The notes under the pieces: generated by a model
Database searches by the model: none
Seen by the model: the letters and a program-made list of their open reading frames with translations, nothing else
What the model was told of the DNA's origin: nothing
NCBI GenBank assembly: GCA_964647855.1
Contig: CAZYJW010000001.1
Coordinates: 357,200 to 421,199, forward strand
From: Candidatus Micrarchaeota archaeon
GTDB taxonomy: Archaea; Micrarchaeota; Micrarchaeia; Anstonellales; Bilamarchaeaceae
DNA length: 64,000 bases
Direction: 5' to 3'
Made by a program: the position numbers and the translations under genes
Shown here: in pieces, positions 40,260 to 49,742 of the stretch
How the letters are laid out: each line of letters starts with the position of its first letter
How positions within the stretch are numbered: position 1 is the stretch's first letter

Positions 40260-40979
40260 TTACTCGAAGCGCTCGAGCATTTCAAGGACGCGGGAGCGGT
40301 CGCCTGATAGCGACCAGTGCGTAAGCGGCCCGCTTTTCAGGTGGAACGAGAGCGCCTTCAGCATCGCCTTCCTTGTCGGAGCGTCAGCGTCCGCAAGCAC
40401 GGTCTCGAGGCTGTCGAACGCCGCCTCCCTCGCCCCCTCGTCAATCACAAAAGGGGCGATACGCGCAAGCTCGATTCCTGCCTCGTTGCTCCCCATGAGC
40501 GCTATGGACTCTATCGCAGAGCATGCCTGCGACTGCGGTTCTATGCTAAATGTGCTGGCGACTATGGTTGCGAGTCTGCCAAGCGATTCCGAATCCTTCC
40601 TTGCGAAAGCCTCGGAAACCGCAGCTTCGGTCTCTTCCGGGTCCGCCGGGACGAGCTCCACATTGTGTGCGGATGCAGAAAGCATCCCCTCGTATCCCGC
40701 AATGGAGGCGGCCCCGTCATTTTCCGGATTTCCTATCCCGGCAACAAATCCTGACGCCCTGTCCCGCTGCCGCATAGACCGTGTCATGCTCTCAACCGCC
40801 GCCCTCAGCCTCAGATACCTTGATTGGTGCTCCACCTTATTATCCTTCGCGATGCTTTCAGCCTCGGGCTCGCGGATTTGCATCCGGGTCTCCCACCGGG
40901 TCGGCTGGCTGAACGTAAGCGCGCCTGCCGCAATAGCAGCGCCGGCAATTACTAGAGCAAACCGTCTGCGCCCCGCCAT
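40260..40979 (-). CDS. Hypothetical exported protein with HEAT-like helices
   Basis: MAGRRRFALVIAGAAIAAGAL signal-like N-terminus and an Ala-rich helical C-terminus. Confidence 0.6.
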   Translation of the reverse strand: MAGRRRFALVIAGAAIAAGALTFSQPTRWETRMQIREPEAESIAKDNKVEHQSRYLRLRAAVESMTRSMRQRDRASGFVAGIGNPENDGAASIAGYEGMLSASAHNVELVPADPEETEAAVSEAFARKDSESLGRLATIVASTFSIEPQSQACSAIESIALMGSNEAGIELARIAPFVIDEGAREAAFDSLETVLADADAPTRKAMLKALSFHLKSGPLTHWSLSGDRSRVLEMLERFE

Positions 40980-41873
40980 CTAGCCCATCCCCATCCTGCT
41001 CCTGAAAAGCCCAATGTGCATGTTAATGTCATATATGTTTTGGATGTCCATGTTCTGTGTCGTGTTGTTGAGTATTATCGAGAAATCCATGCCCAGGCCG
41101 CGCAAAATTTCGCGCGCGGTTCCCCGCACGTCGCCTTGGACGAGGTTGTATATCTTGTTGAACGTGTCGCTTCTGAGACTGCCTCCGTGCTCCAGCCAGC
41201 GGCTGACCTCCCTCCTTTCCTGCTCTGAAAACCCGATATAGGTGTTCAACGCCAGTTCCATGGCCCGGTTGCTGCCAGAGCTGCGCTCTATCTCCGCCCT
41301 TATCCTGCCGCTGCGGTCGAACACGATGTCAAGCACGCTGCGCGCCCACTCACGCGCCCCCACCCCGAGCCGCGATGTAGTCAGCAATGTCCTCAGGGCA
41401 TCCTGGCTTCCCCTGTTCAGGGAATCGCTGATGCTCCTTGTTATCTCTATGACCTGGTTGAATTCCGCAGCCTGCGCGGCAGGCGCAAGCGCGGCGAAAT
41501 GCTCCGAGCGCTCGGAGAGGGACAAGATTCCGTCGATGATTGTCTCAGACGCATTGCCTTCGAGCCTTCCCAGAAGTATCCTTGCCGTGCTGGAAACGAG
41601 CTCCGAAGCCCTTCGCCGCTCCGGTTCGCTCATGCCGCGCGGCATGGCTGTCGTGGCATATGCCAGGAAGCCATACACATCCAGCCTCCTGCTTGCCGCC
41701 TCCCTGAGGAAAATGTCCACCTTCATCGGAGGCGGGAATGTCAAAACCGCCCGGTTGAAGCTGATCTGCCCGCCCTGGGCCGCCCGGAGCCCTAGCTCGA
41801 GGTTGGCAATGAACGCCTGGGCCTGGCTGGGCCCTACCGCCTCGGCTGCCTGCTCTCTTGGCGCTTGTCCCAT
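40980..41873 (-). CDS. Hypothetical helical protein
   Basis: 297-aa ORF with GGAGG RBS, abutting the downstream gene. Confidence 0.6.
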   Translation of the reverse strand: MGQAPREQAAEAVGPSQAQAFIANLELGLRAAQGGQISFNRAVLTFPPPMKVDIFLREAASRRLDVYGFLAYATTAMPRGMSEPERRRASELVSSTARILLGRLEGNASETIIDGILSLSERSEHFAALAPAAQAAEFNQVIEITRSISDSLNRGSQDALRTLLTTSRLGVGAREWARSVLDIVFDRSGRIRAEIERSSGSNRAMELALNTYIGFSEQERREVSRWLEHGGSLRSDTFNKIYNLVQGDVRGTAREILRGLGMDFSIILNNTTQNMDIQNIYDINMHIGLFRSRMGMG

Positions 41874-42053
41874 GTGCCTCCCTCAGCCTCCAATCAATAA
41901 ATATCTGTGCCGTTCTAACCTATCTCATCCAATATTTATATATCTTTACATTTATTACGACATTTATCGGGATTCGCCACCCGTTCGTATGGGCACATTT
42001 ATTAAGCTCCCATGGGACATCCCGGTCCAGTTCTTGCACGGAGGCGGATCAGA

Positions 42054-42971
42054 ATGCAGCATGTCTTGTCTTTGAATGGATATGACGGAAACTGGATCGA
42101 ATCTATCGTGGATTTGGGCCTCGACATCAAGAAGGAGCCGGCCAAGTACTCGGAGTCGCTGAAGGGGAAGACGCTGGCGATGATATTCCAGAAGACCTCG
42201 ACCCGCACGAGGCTTTCCTTCGAGACCGGCATGACGAAGCTCGGAGGGCACGGGATTTTTGTCGACTGGCGCACCACGCAGCTCGCGCTCGGCGGCGTGC
42301 CGGACGAGGCGAAGGTCATCTCGCGCTACGCGGACGCCATCATGGTCCGGCCGCTGCGGCACGAGACGGTCGCCGCCTTCGCTTCCACATCGCGCGTCCC
42401 GGTCATCAACGGCCTCTGCGAGAGATACCATCCCTGCCAGGCGCTTGCCGATGTCCTTACCATCAAGGAGAAGAAGGGCAGGCTCAGGGGCGTCAAGGTC
42501 GTCTACGTCGGCATCGGCAACAATGTGAGCAACTCGCTCTCCTACGCGTGCGCCATGGCCGGCGCGGACTTCACGCTCTGCGTCCCCGAGAAGGACCCGG
42601 ACAGCACGGATGCGGAACAGCTGGAGAAGCTGAAGGCGTCCGGCCACTACCGGGAGGAGCCGGACATCGGGAAGGCGGTGAAGGGCGCGGACATACTCTA
42701 CACCGACACCTGGGTGAACATGGAGTTCTTCAACGACCCGAAGTTCGCCGCGGAGAAGGCACGGCGCGAGAAGGTCTTCATGCCCTACCAGCTGAACAAG
42801 GCGATGCTGGAAAAGGCGGGGCCGCAGGCGTTCTCGATGCATGATATGCCCGCGCACATCGGATACGAAATCGACGAGTATGCCCTTCGCGGGCCGCAGT
42901 CGCTCGCATTCGACCAGGCCGAGAACCGCATGTGGGCGCAGATGGCCCTGCTGATAAAACTCCTGGAGTGA
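42054..42971 (+). CDS. argF: Ornithine carbamoyltransferase (variant motifs)
   Basis: STRTRLSFE, HPCQALAD, PYQLN and QAENR; DTWVNME and HDMP in place of SMG and HCLP. Confidence 0.85.
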   Translation: MQHVLSLNGYDGNWIESIVDLGLDIKKEPAKYSESLKGKTLAMIFQKTSTRTRLSFETGMTKLGGHGIFVDWRTTQLALGGVPDEAKVISRYADAIMVRPLRHETVAAFASTSRVPVINGLCERYHPCQALADVLTIKEKKGRLRGVKVVYVGIGNNVSNSLSYACAMAGADFTLCVPEKDPDSTDAEQLEKLKASGHYREEPDIGKAVKGADILYTDTWVNMEFFNDPKFAAEKARREKVFMPYQLNKAMLEKAGPQAFSMHDMPAHIGYEIDEYALRGPQSLAFDQAENRMWAQMALLIKLLE

Positions 42972-43087
42972 CGGCAATCCATGCGGGTTTCCGGTTTCGC
43001 TGATGCGGGCCGCAACCCCCCGCTTCGACAGCCGCCGGATTGCCGTTCCAGAGGTTTTTATCCTTTTGCGTTCCATCCCACTGCGAG

Positions 43088-43981
43088 GTGGGTCACTTGT
43101 TTGTAGCCGTTTTGTCCGACAAGCCCGAACTGCGGGAGAGATTCTGCGCGATGCTGGGCGCGAAGGAGGGCGGGAGCGACGTGGTGTTCTATTCAGCTGA
43201 TTCGGGCGGAAGGCCCCTCTCGCTGATGGACCCGGCCGGGTTTCCGGAGAAGATACAGCCGCTCCTCTATTCGCTTTCCATGGCGGACTACGCGGTCGTG
43301 CTCGCGGATGGCGTCACACCGAAGCTGGGCGAAATCATCGTCGCCGTGAACTGCCTCAAGATGGGCCGGGGGGTGATTGTCTCCGCCAGCCCGCTCCCGG
43401 TCGCAGGCACCGCGCTTGAGAAATTCGACAAGGCCGCGGACATGGAGTCCGCGAAGGCGAAGGTCCTTTCCCTTCCCGCCCCGGAATACGGCGAGGCCAC
43501 CGTGGCCCTCATGGACCGGACGGAGGCCGTGAAATCTGTGGGCAACGTCGCCCACGGCGTCCTTCGGGGGGGCTCCCTGAAGCCCGGGGACAGGCTGTTC
43601 GTGCTTCCGGAAAAGAAGGAGCTCGAAATCAGGAGCCTGCAGGTCTCCGGGAAGGACGTCGAGTCGGTGCCAGCAGGCGTGCGCTTCTCGATGGCTTTCA
43701 AGGGCGAGCCTTTCGAGCGGGGCATCGTGGTCCCGCTCCGCAACGAGTTCGAGGTCGGGAACATCGTCAACGGGAGGTTCTCGAAGACGCCCTTCTACCG
43801 GGACGAGCTCAGGGGCAAGATACACGCCTATTCGAACCTCCAGTTCGTGGAGGGGCACATGACGGACAACGACCTCACCCTGAGCCAGCCCATAGCGTAT
43901 GAGAAGGGCGAGCTGATGCTGGTCGTGGACGCGAGCAACCAGAAGCTGCGCATAGCGGGGCCGTTCCAGAGCAAATGGTAG
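43088..43981 (+). CDS. SelB/EF-Tu-like protein with a degenerate G domain
   Basis: FPEKIQPLLYSL, VKSVGNVAHGVLRGG and LEIRSLQ (EF-Tu domain II pattern); no GxxxxGK. Confidence 0.75.
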   Translation: MGHLFVAVLSDKPELRERFCAMLGAKEGGSDVVFYSADSGGRPLSLMDPAGFPEKIQPLLYSLSMADYAVVLADGVTPKLGEIIVAVNCLKMGRGVIVSASPLPVAGTALEKFDKAADMESAKAKVLSLPAPEYGEATVALMDRTEAVKSVGNVAHGVLRGGSLKPGDRLFVLPEKKELEIRSLQVSGKDVESVPAGVRFSMAFKGEPFERGIVVPLRNEFEVGNIVNGRFSKTPFYRDELRGKIHAYSNLQFVEGHMTDNDLTLSQPIAYEKGELMLVVDASNQKLRIAGPFQSKW

Positions 43982-44000
43982 GCGGTCTAAGTATATACTG

Positions 44001-44126
44001 CCGCCGCCCTGCCGGGCTAGCCCTGCGCCTGACCTGGGGACGCCCTTGGGATGCATGCTGCGCATGCATCGGCAGCCGGCCGCGCATTTCCCCCGCCGCC
44101 TTGCCGGGCTGATTCTGCGCCTGGCC
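44001..44126. repeat. Imperfect 34-bp direct repeat flanking a perfect 9-bp hairpin
   Basis: CCGCCGCCCTGCCGGGCTAGCCCTGCGCCTGACC (44001) vs CCGCCGCCTTGCCGGGCTGATTCTGCGCCTGGCC (44093); GATGCATGC-TGC-GCATGCATC at 44050-44070. Confidence 0.75.
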
Positions 44127-44198
44127 GAGGGCGGCTTCCGCCCGCTGCCATCAGCAGTATTAAAAAGTCCGCCATCCTCTATATGATTCTGATTCTCC

Positions 44199-45281
44199 AT
44201 GGGAACACAGAGGCTCAGGGCCACCTTAGCGCTGAAGGACGGAACCATCCTCCGGGGCCAGGGCTTCGGCGCCGAGGCCGAGGCGGTTGGAGAGCTCGTC
44301 TTCAACACGTCCATGACCGGCTACCAGGAGGCGCTCACCGACCCCAGCTACGCCGGCCAGATGCTTCTCATGACCTACCCGCTGATTGGCAACTACGGCA
44401 CGAACCAGGCCGACCGCGAAAGCGGCAGGGTGCATCCCTCCGCGTTCGTCGTCCGCGAGCTCTGCGAAGAGCCGGAGCACAGGCAGTCCGGCGCGGGGCT
44501 GGACGCGTTCCTCAGGGAGGGCGGCGTGCCCGGCATATCCGGGATAGACACTCGCTTCGTCGTGCGGCGCATAAGGGACAAGGGCGTCATGCCCGCCATC
44601 CTCTGCGTCTCGCCGCACGACCCGGACCACGACCCGAAGCGGCTGCTCGGTAAGCTCGATTTCGACTATTCTTCCATCGATTTCGTCTCGAAGGTGAGCG
44701 TGTCTAAGCCGGAGGTCCACAACCGGGGCGGGAAGAAGCGCGTCGCCCTCATAGACTACGGCGTGAAGATGGGCATATTACGCGAGCTGGTAAAGAGGGG
44801 GTGCGAGGTCCATGTGCTTCCGTTCGCAAGCGGGCCCGATGCGATACGGGCGGTGGAGCCGCACGGCATCCTGCTCTCGAACGGGCCGGGCGACCCGGCA
44901 ATCCTCAGGGACGCGCACGCCACGATACGGGAGGCGTGCGGGCTGGGGAAGCCGGTCTTCGGCATCTGCCTCGGACACCAGCTCCTCGCGCACGCCTTCG
45001 GCGGGGACACCTACAAGCTCAAGTTCGGGCACAGGGGCGGGAACCACGGCGTCCTCGACAGGGGCCTTGGCCGCGTTGTCATCACCACGCAGAACCACGG
45101 CTTCGCGGTGGGCAGGGTCCCCGAAGGCTTCGAGGTCACGCATGTCAACGTCAATGACCGGAGCGTGGAGGGGATGGAGGACGAATCGAGGCGCATATTC
45201 GGCGTGCAGTACCACCCCGAGGCCTCCCCCGGCCCCAGGGACTCGATGCACCTGTTCGACAAATTCATGAGGATGATGTGA
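44199..45281 (+). CDS. carA: Carbamoyl-phosphate synthase small subunit
   Basis: FNTSMTGYQEALTDPSY, SNGPGDP, GICLGHQ and QYHPEASPGP. Confidence 0.97.
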   Translation: MGTQRLRATLALKDGTILRGQGFGAEAEAVGELVFNTSMTGYQEALTDPSYAGQMLLMTYPLIGNYGTNQADRESGRVHPSAFVVRELCEEPEHRQSGAGLDAFLREGGVPGISGIDTRFVVRRIRDKGVMPAILCVSPHDPDHDPKRLLGKLDFDYSSIDFVSKVSVSKPEVHNRGGKKRVALIDYGVKMGILRELVKRGCEVHVLPFASGPDAIRAVEPHGILLSNGPGDPAILRDAHATIREACGLGKPVFGICLGHQLLAHAFGGDTYKLKFGHRGGNHGVLDRGLGRVVITTQNHGFAVGRVPEGFEVTHVNVNDRSVEGMEDESRRIFGVQYHPEASPGPRDSMHLFDKFMRMM

Positions 45282-45286
45282 TAAAA

Positions 45287-45739
45287 ATGGCAAACGGAAA
45301 AGAGGCGGCCCCCCAGGCGGGGCAGAGCGAGAGGAACGTTAAATGCAGCTTCTGCGGCGACGACACGTCCTGCGAGCAGTGCAGGGCGGCGCCGGAGAAG
45401 GCGGGCGACTTCGAGCACATGTGCTACGACTGCCACCAGAAGATGGGCGGCGCGGTGCCCGAGAACATCCGGGACCGGACGCACATATGCATACCTCCCG
45501 AGAAGCTCCAGGAGAACTTCGAGAAATTCATGAACGACATGACGCAGCGCGCGTTCATGCAGCTCTGGGACTCGGAAAAGAAGAAGCTCAAGGAGCTCTC
45601 GAAGCAGGAGCTCGCCCAGGCCGCGTTCTTCGAGGGCGCGAGCTTCATGTGGCAGTTCGTCCAGAGGATGAACCAGCAGCCCCCGGAGGGGCAGCAGGCG
45701 GCCGGAAGCGGGAAAGCGGAAGAACCGGCCACGAAATGA
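45287..45739 (+). CDS. Hypothetical Cys-rich (zinc-finger-like) protein between carA and carB
   Basis: CSFC, CEQC, HMCYDCH and HIC motifs, then a helical C-terminus. Confidence 0.8.
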   Translation: MANGKEAAPQAGQSERNVKCSFCGDDTSCEQCRAAPEKAGDFEHMCYDCHQKMGGAVPENIRDRTHICIPPEKLQENFEKFMNDMTQRAFMQLWDSEKKKLKELSKQELAQAAFFEGASFMWQFVQRMNQQPPEGQQAAGSGKAEEPATK

Positions 45740-45804
45740 CCCGCGGTCTGCGCCGCGAACCGGATGCCGGAAACCCGGAACCGGGAACCAACGGAGTGGA
45801 ACAG

Positions 45805-48800
45805 GTGAAGGAAAAGCCGAAGAAAGTCCTCGTGATAGGCTCGGGCCCGATTGTCATAGGGCAGTCCGCCGAGTTCGACTACTCCGGCGCGCAGGCCTGC
45901 AGGGCGCTGCGGGAGGAGGGGGTGGAGGTCGTCCTCGCGAACTCGAACCCCGCCACCATCCAGACCGACCGGGACACCGCGGACATCGTATACATCGAGC
46001 CGCTCACGCCCGCGGTGCTCGAGAGGATAATCGAGCGCGAGAAGCCCCAGGCCCTTATCGCCACGATGGGCGGGCAGACCGCCCTGAACCTGGCGATGGA
46101 GCTCCACCGGAGCGGCGCGCTCGCGAGGCACGGCGTCCGCTTCCTCGGCACCGGGGCGGATGCGATAGACCTCGCCGAATCCCGCGAGCGCTTCAACGCC
46201 CTGATGGGCCGGCTCGGCATGCCCATCCTTCCGGGGAGGGTCGTTTCCGAAGTCGAAAGCGGCGCCTCCGCCGCGAAAGAGATCGGATACCCGGTAATCG
46301 TCAGGCCGTCATTCACCCTCGGCGGGACCGGGGGCGGGACGGTCCACAACGAAGGCGAGCTCCGGAGCCTTCTCGAGCTCGCGCTGCGCATGAGCATGAC
46401 CGGCGAGGCGCTGATAGAGAAGAGCGCGATCGGCTGGGGCGAGTTCGAATACGAGGTCATCCGCGACTCATGCGGCAACTGCGAGATAATATGCAACATG
46501 GAGAACGTCGACCCGATGGGCGTGCACACGGGAGAGAGCATCGTCGTGGCGCCTTCGCAGACGCTCTCCGACGCAGACCACCAGATGCTGCGGGATGCGG
46601 CAATCAGGATCGCGGGCGGAATCGGAATCGAGGGCGGATGCAACGTGCAGTTCGCCCTCGACCAGGAGAGCGGGCGTTTCACGGTGATAGAGGTCAACCC
46701 CAGGCTCTCGCGCTCATCCGCGCTGGCGTCCAAGGCGACCGGCTACCCCATAGCCCGCGTCGCGACGAAGATAGCGCTCGGGCAGAGCCTCCCCGAAATC
46801 CGGAACGCGATAACCGGCACATCCGCCGCGTTCGAGCCCGCGCTGGATTACGTGGTGGTGAAGGTCCCCCGCTGGCCGTTCGACAAGTTCCCCATGACCT
46901 CGCGCATCATCGGCACGCAGATGAAGAGCACTGGCGAGGTGATGGCGATAGGCCGCACCTTCGGGGAGGCCCTCAACAAGGCGCTGCGCAGCCTCGAGGC
47001 GAAAATCCCCAGGGGCATCAACCCGGACGAGCACCTCTTCCCCCCCACCGACCTGCGCATATTCGCCCTGCTCGAGGCGTTCCGGCGGGGGCGGAGCGTC
47101 GACGAGCTCCATTCCATCACGAGAATAAACCGGTGGTTCCTGCGCAGGATGCGCGGCTTGGCGGAGCTCGAGAAGCGCATCGCCGCCGCGGGGGCGGCCC
47201 GGGGCGAAAACCCCGCGCTTCATGGGGGGCTCATGCTCGAAGCGAAGCGCTCGGGATTCTCGGACGCCCAAATCGCATCGCTCTGCGGCAGCAACGAGCT
47301 TGCCGTCCGCGCCCTGCGCAAGTCCATGGGCATCATACCTACATACAAGATAGTGGACTCCTGCGCGGGCGAGTTCGAGGCGCTGACGCCCTACTTCTAT
47401 TCCGTCTACGAGCAGGAGAACGAGGCCGCGCCGCTCGAGGGGAAGAAGGTCGTGGTCATCGGCTCCGGCCCGATAAGGATAGGGCAGGGCATCGAGTTCG
47501 ACTACTGCTGCTCGCATGCCGCCTTCGCGCTGCGGGAGCTGGGCTACCGGAGCATCATGGTGAACAACAATCCCGAGACCGTGAGCACGGACTTCGATTC
47601 CAGCGACCGCCTCTATTTCGAGCCGCTCACGTTCGAGGACGTCATGAACATCATCGACAACGAGAGGCCGGACGGCGTCATAGTCCAGCTCGGCGGGCAG
47701 ACCAGCATATCGCTCGCCGAGGCCCTCTCCAGGGCGGGCGCCCCGATACTCGGCACCGGCATAGACGGCATCGACATCGCCGAGGACCGCGAGCGCTTCC
47801 GCGCCCTAGCCTCCAGGCTCGGAATAAGGCAGCCCGAGAACGGCGTCGCGACATGCGAGCGAGAGGCCCTCGAAGCCGCGGCCCGGATAGGCTATCCGGT
47901 GGTCGTCCGCCCGAGCTACGTCATTGCAGGGCGCGCGATGGAGATTGTCCGGAGCGACGCGGAGCTTCGCCGCTACATAGAGGAGGCCGTGGATGTCAGC
48001 CAGAGCCGCCCGGTCCTCATCGACCGCTACCTCGACAACGCCATAGAGTGCGAGGTGGACGCCGTTTCGGACGGGGAGCGCGTTTTCATCGGCGGCATCA
48101 TGGAGCACATCGAGCCGGCCGGGGTGCATTCCGGCGACGCCAACATCGTGCTCCCATCGATACGGCTCTCGGACTCGGACAAGGGCACCATAGTCAGGCA
48201 CACCGAATCGCTCTGCCGGTCGCTCGGCATCGTGGGCTTCGTCAACATCCAGTTCGTCGTGAAGGGCGACGACGTCTACATACTGGAGGCCAACCCGCGC
48301 GCGAGCAGGACCGTCCCGTTCGTGAGCAAGGCGATAGGCGTCCAGCTCACAAAGCTCGCGGTCGCGGCCATGCTGGGGAGGAAGCTCCCGCACCTCCGGC
48401 CCCGCGTCAACCACTATTCGGTGAAAAGCGTGGTGTTCCCCTTCCTCAAGCTCCTCGGGACCGACATCCGGCTCGGGCCAGAGATGCGCAGCACCGGGGA
48501 GTCGATGGGCATGGGCAAGTCATTCGAGATGGCGTACTACAAGGCCCTCCTGGGGGCCGGCCTGCGCCTCGATGCCGGGGGCCGGGGGGCGGGAAACGGC
48601 GGGGGAAGGAGCGCTTTCATCAGCGTGCGGGACGAGGATAAGCCGCTTGTGCCGGCACTCGCGGAAAGCCTCCGCGGACTCGGATTCTCGATATACGGCA
48701 CCATGGGCACCGTGGGCTCGGTCGAGGGCGCGATACCGATCCCCAAAATCGGCCGGGGCCACCCCGACGTCGTCGAGCTGATAGAGTCCGGCACAATCAC

Positions 48801-48990
48801 GCTCGTCATCAACACGCCAACGAAGGGCGGCGCCGCGAGCACCGACGGCTACAGGATGCGCAGGGCGAGCATCGTGAGCGGGATACCGTGCATCACGAAC
48901 ATCGCGACGGCGCAGGAGCTCCTCAAGGCCATGCTGGAGCTGCGCGAGCGCGAGCTGGACGTCCGGCGCTCGGACGAATACACCCAGTGA
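45805..48990 (+). CDS. carB: Carbamoyl-phosphate synthase large subunit
   Basis: GSGPIVIGQSAEFDYSG, GVHTGES, GSGPIRIGQGIEFDY, GVHSGD and an MGS domain; alternative start at ATG 45736. Confidence 0.97.
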   Translation: MKEKPKKVLVIGSGPIVIGQSAEFDYSGAQACRALREEGVEVVLANSNPATIQTDRDTADIVYIEPLTPAVLERIIEREKPQALIATMGGQTALNLAMELHRSGALARHGVRFLGTGADAIDLAESRERFNALMGRLGMPILPGRVVSEVESGASAAKEIGYPVIVRPSFTLGGTGGGTVHNEGELRSLLELALRMSMTGEALIEKSAIGWGEFEYEVIRDSCGNCEIICNMENVDPMGVHTGESIVVAPSQTLSDADHQMLRDAAIRIAGGIGIEGGCNVQFALDQESGRFTVIEVNPRLSRSSALASKATGYPIARVATKIALGQSLPEIRNAITGTSAAFEPALDYVVVKVPRWPFDKFPMTSRIIGTQMKSTGEVMAIGRTFGEALNKALRSLEAKIPRGINPDEHLFPPTDLRIFALLEAFRRGRSVDELHSITRINRWFLRRMRGLAELEKRIAAAGAARGENPALHGGLMLEAKRSGFSDAQIASLCGSNELAVRALRKSMGIIPTYKIVDSCAGEFEALTPYFYSVYEQENEAAPLEGKKVVVIGSGPIRIGQGIEFDYCCSHAAFALRELGYRSIMVNNNPETVSTDFDSSDRLYFEPLTFEDVMNIIDNERPDGVIVQLGGQTSISLAEALSRAGAPILGTGIDGIDIAEDRERFRALASRLGIRQPENGVATCEREALEAAARIGYPVVVRPSYVIAGRAMEIVRSDAELRRYIEEAVDVSQSRPVLIDRYLDNAIECEVDAVSDGERVFIGGIMEHIEPAGVHSGDANIVLPSIRLSDSDKGTIVRHTESLCRSLGIVGFVNIQFVVKGDDVYILEANPRASRTVPFVSKAIGVQLTKLAVAAMLGRKLPHLRPRVNHYSVKSVVFPFLKLLGTDIRLGPEMRSTGESMGMGKSFEMAYYKALLGAGLRLDAGGRGAGNGGGRSAFISVRDEDKPLVPALAESLRGLGFSIYGTMGTVGSVEGAIPIPKIGRGHPDVVELIESGTITLVINTPTKGGAASTDGYRMRRASIVSGIPCITNIATAQELLKAMLELRERELDVRRSDEYTQ

Positions 48991-49052
48991 TGAAGCCTCC
49001 AGTCCCCCTGCCGAATGGGCGATTATAAAAGCACTGCACCCGAATTCCACCC

Positions 49053-49685
49053 ATGACACGGATTTTCAGTGCGGCATTCGCACTTTTTGCGGTTTCCCTG
49101 CTTCTATTCGGATGCACGGGAACGGAATCGGCTGCCGGGGGCGAAGGGGCGCAGGAGTCCGGCGCATCCCAGCAGGAGGCATCCGGAGCGGGCGCGGGCC
49201 AGGCGGCCGGGGAAGGGAACGCTTCGCAGGACGCCGGCGACGGGGCGGCCGCGGATGGCGGCGCCGGACAAGCCTCCGGCGAGGAAGATGAGGCCCAAGC
49301 CTGCACAGGGACCTCATTCTATACCGTCAACGGAGTGACCAAGGCGTGCGTGGACGGCAGGATGATTGGAACCTGCGGCACCGAGGGCGAGGTATACAAA
49401 TATTCCAAGTTCCTCCAGAGCAAGGTCGTCTGCGAGGGTGGCCTCTGGGTCGAGAAGGACCTCGAGCCCGGCGACCCCGAATACGAGGAGCCGGGCGCAG
49501 ATGCGGAATATGAGGGTTGCACGGGCAAATCCTCATCGACCATCGGCGATGTGACGCAGGTCTGCATCAACGGCTCGTGGGAAACGGACTGCGATACTGA
49601 AGGCGAGGTGTATTCGGAGTCCGAATTCCTCAAGAAAAAGGTCGTCTGCGAGAACGGCAAGTGGGTTTCGAAGCCACTAGAATGA
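49053..49685 (+). CDS. Lipoprotein-like secreted protein with a duplicated 4-Cys domain
   Basis: LLFGC signal, G/A/E/Q linker and two repeats of CTG...C..G...C.TEGEVY..S.FL..KVVCE.G.W. Confidence 0.8.
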   Translation: MTRIFSAAFALFAVSLLLFGCTGTESAAGGEGAQESGASQQEASGAGAGQAAGEGNASQDAGDGAAADGGAGQASGEEDEAQACTGTSFYTVNGVTKACVDGRMIGTCGTEGEVYKYSKFLQSKVVCEGGLWVEKDLEPGDPEYEEPGADAEYEGCTGKSSSTIGDVTQVCINGSWETDCDTEGEVYSESEFLKKKVVCENGKWVSKPLE

Positions 49686-49742
49686 AGGCCGGGCTCCTAA
49701 AGCATTCGCCCGCCTTTTCACCCTCTTTTTCTTCCTTCTTTC

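Noticed and set aside
44001..44126. Mini CRISPR array
   Set aside because: Only two imperfect GC-rich copies with a 58-bp gap, and no cas genes in the window.
46470..48641. 723-aa alternative-frame ORF in carB, and many similar long overlapping ORFs
   Set aside because: Arg/Gly/Pro-rich off-frame product of GC3 bias, with no motifs.
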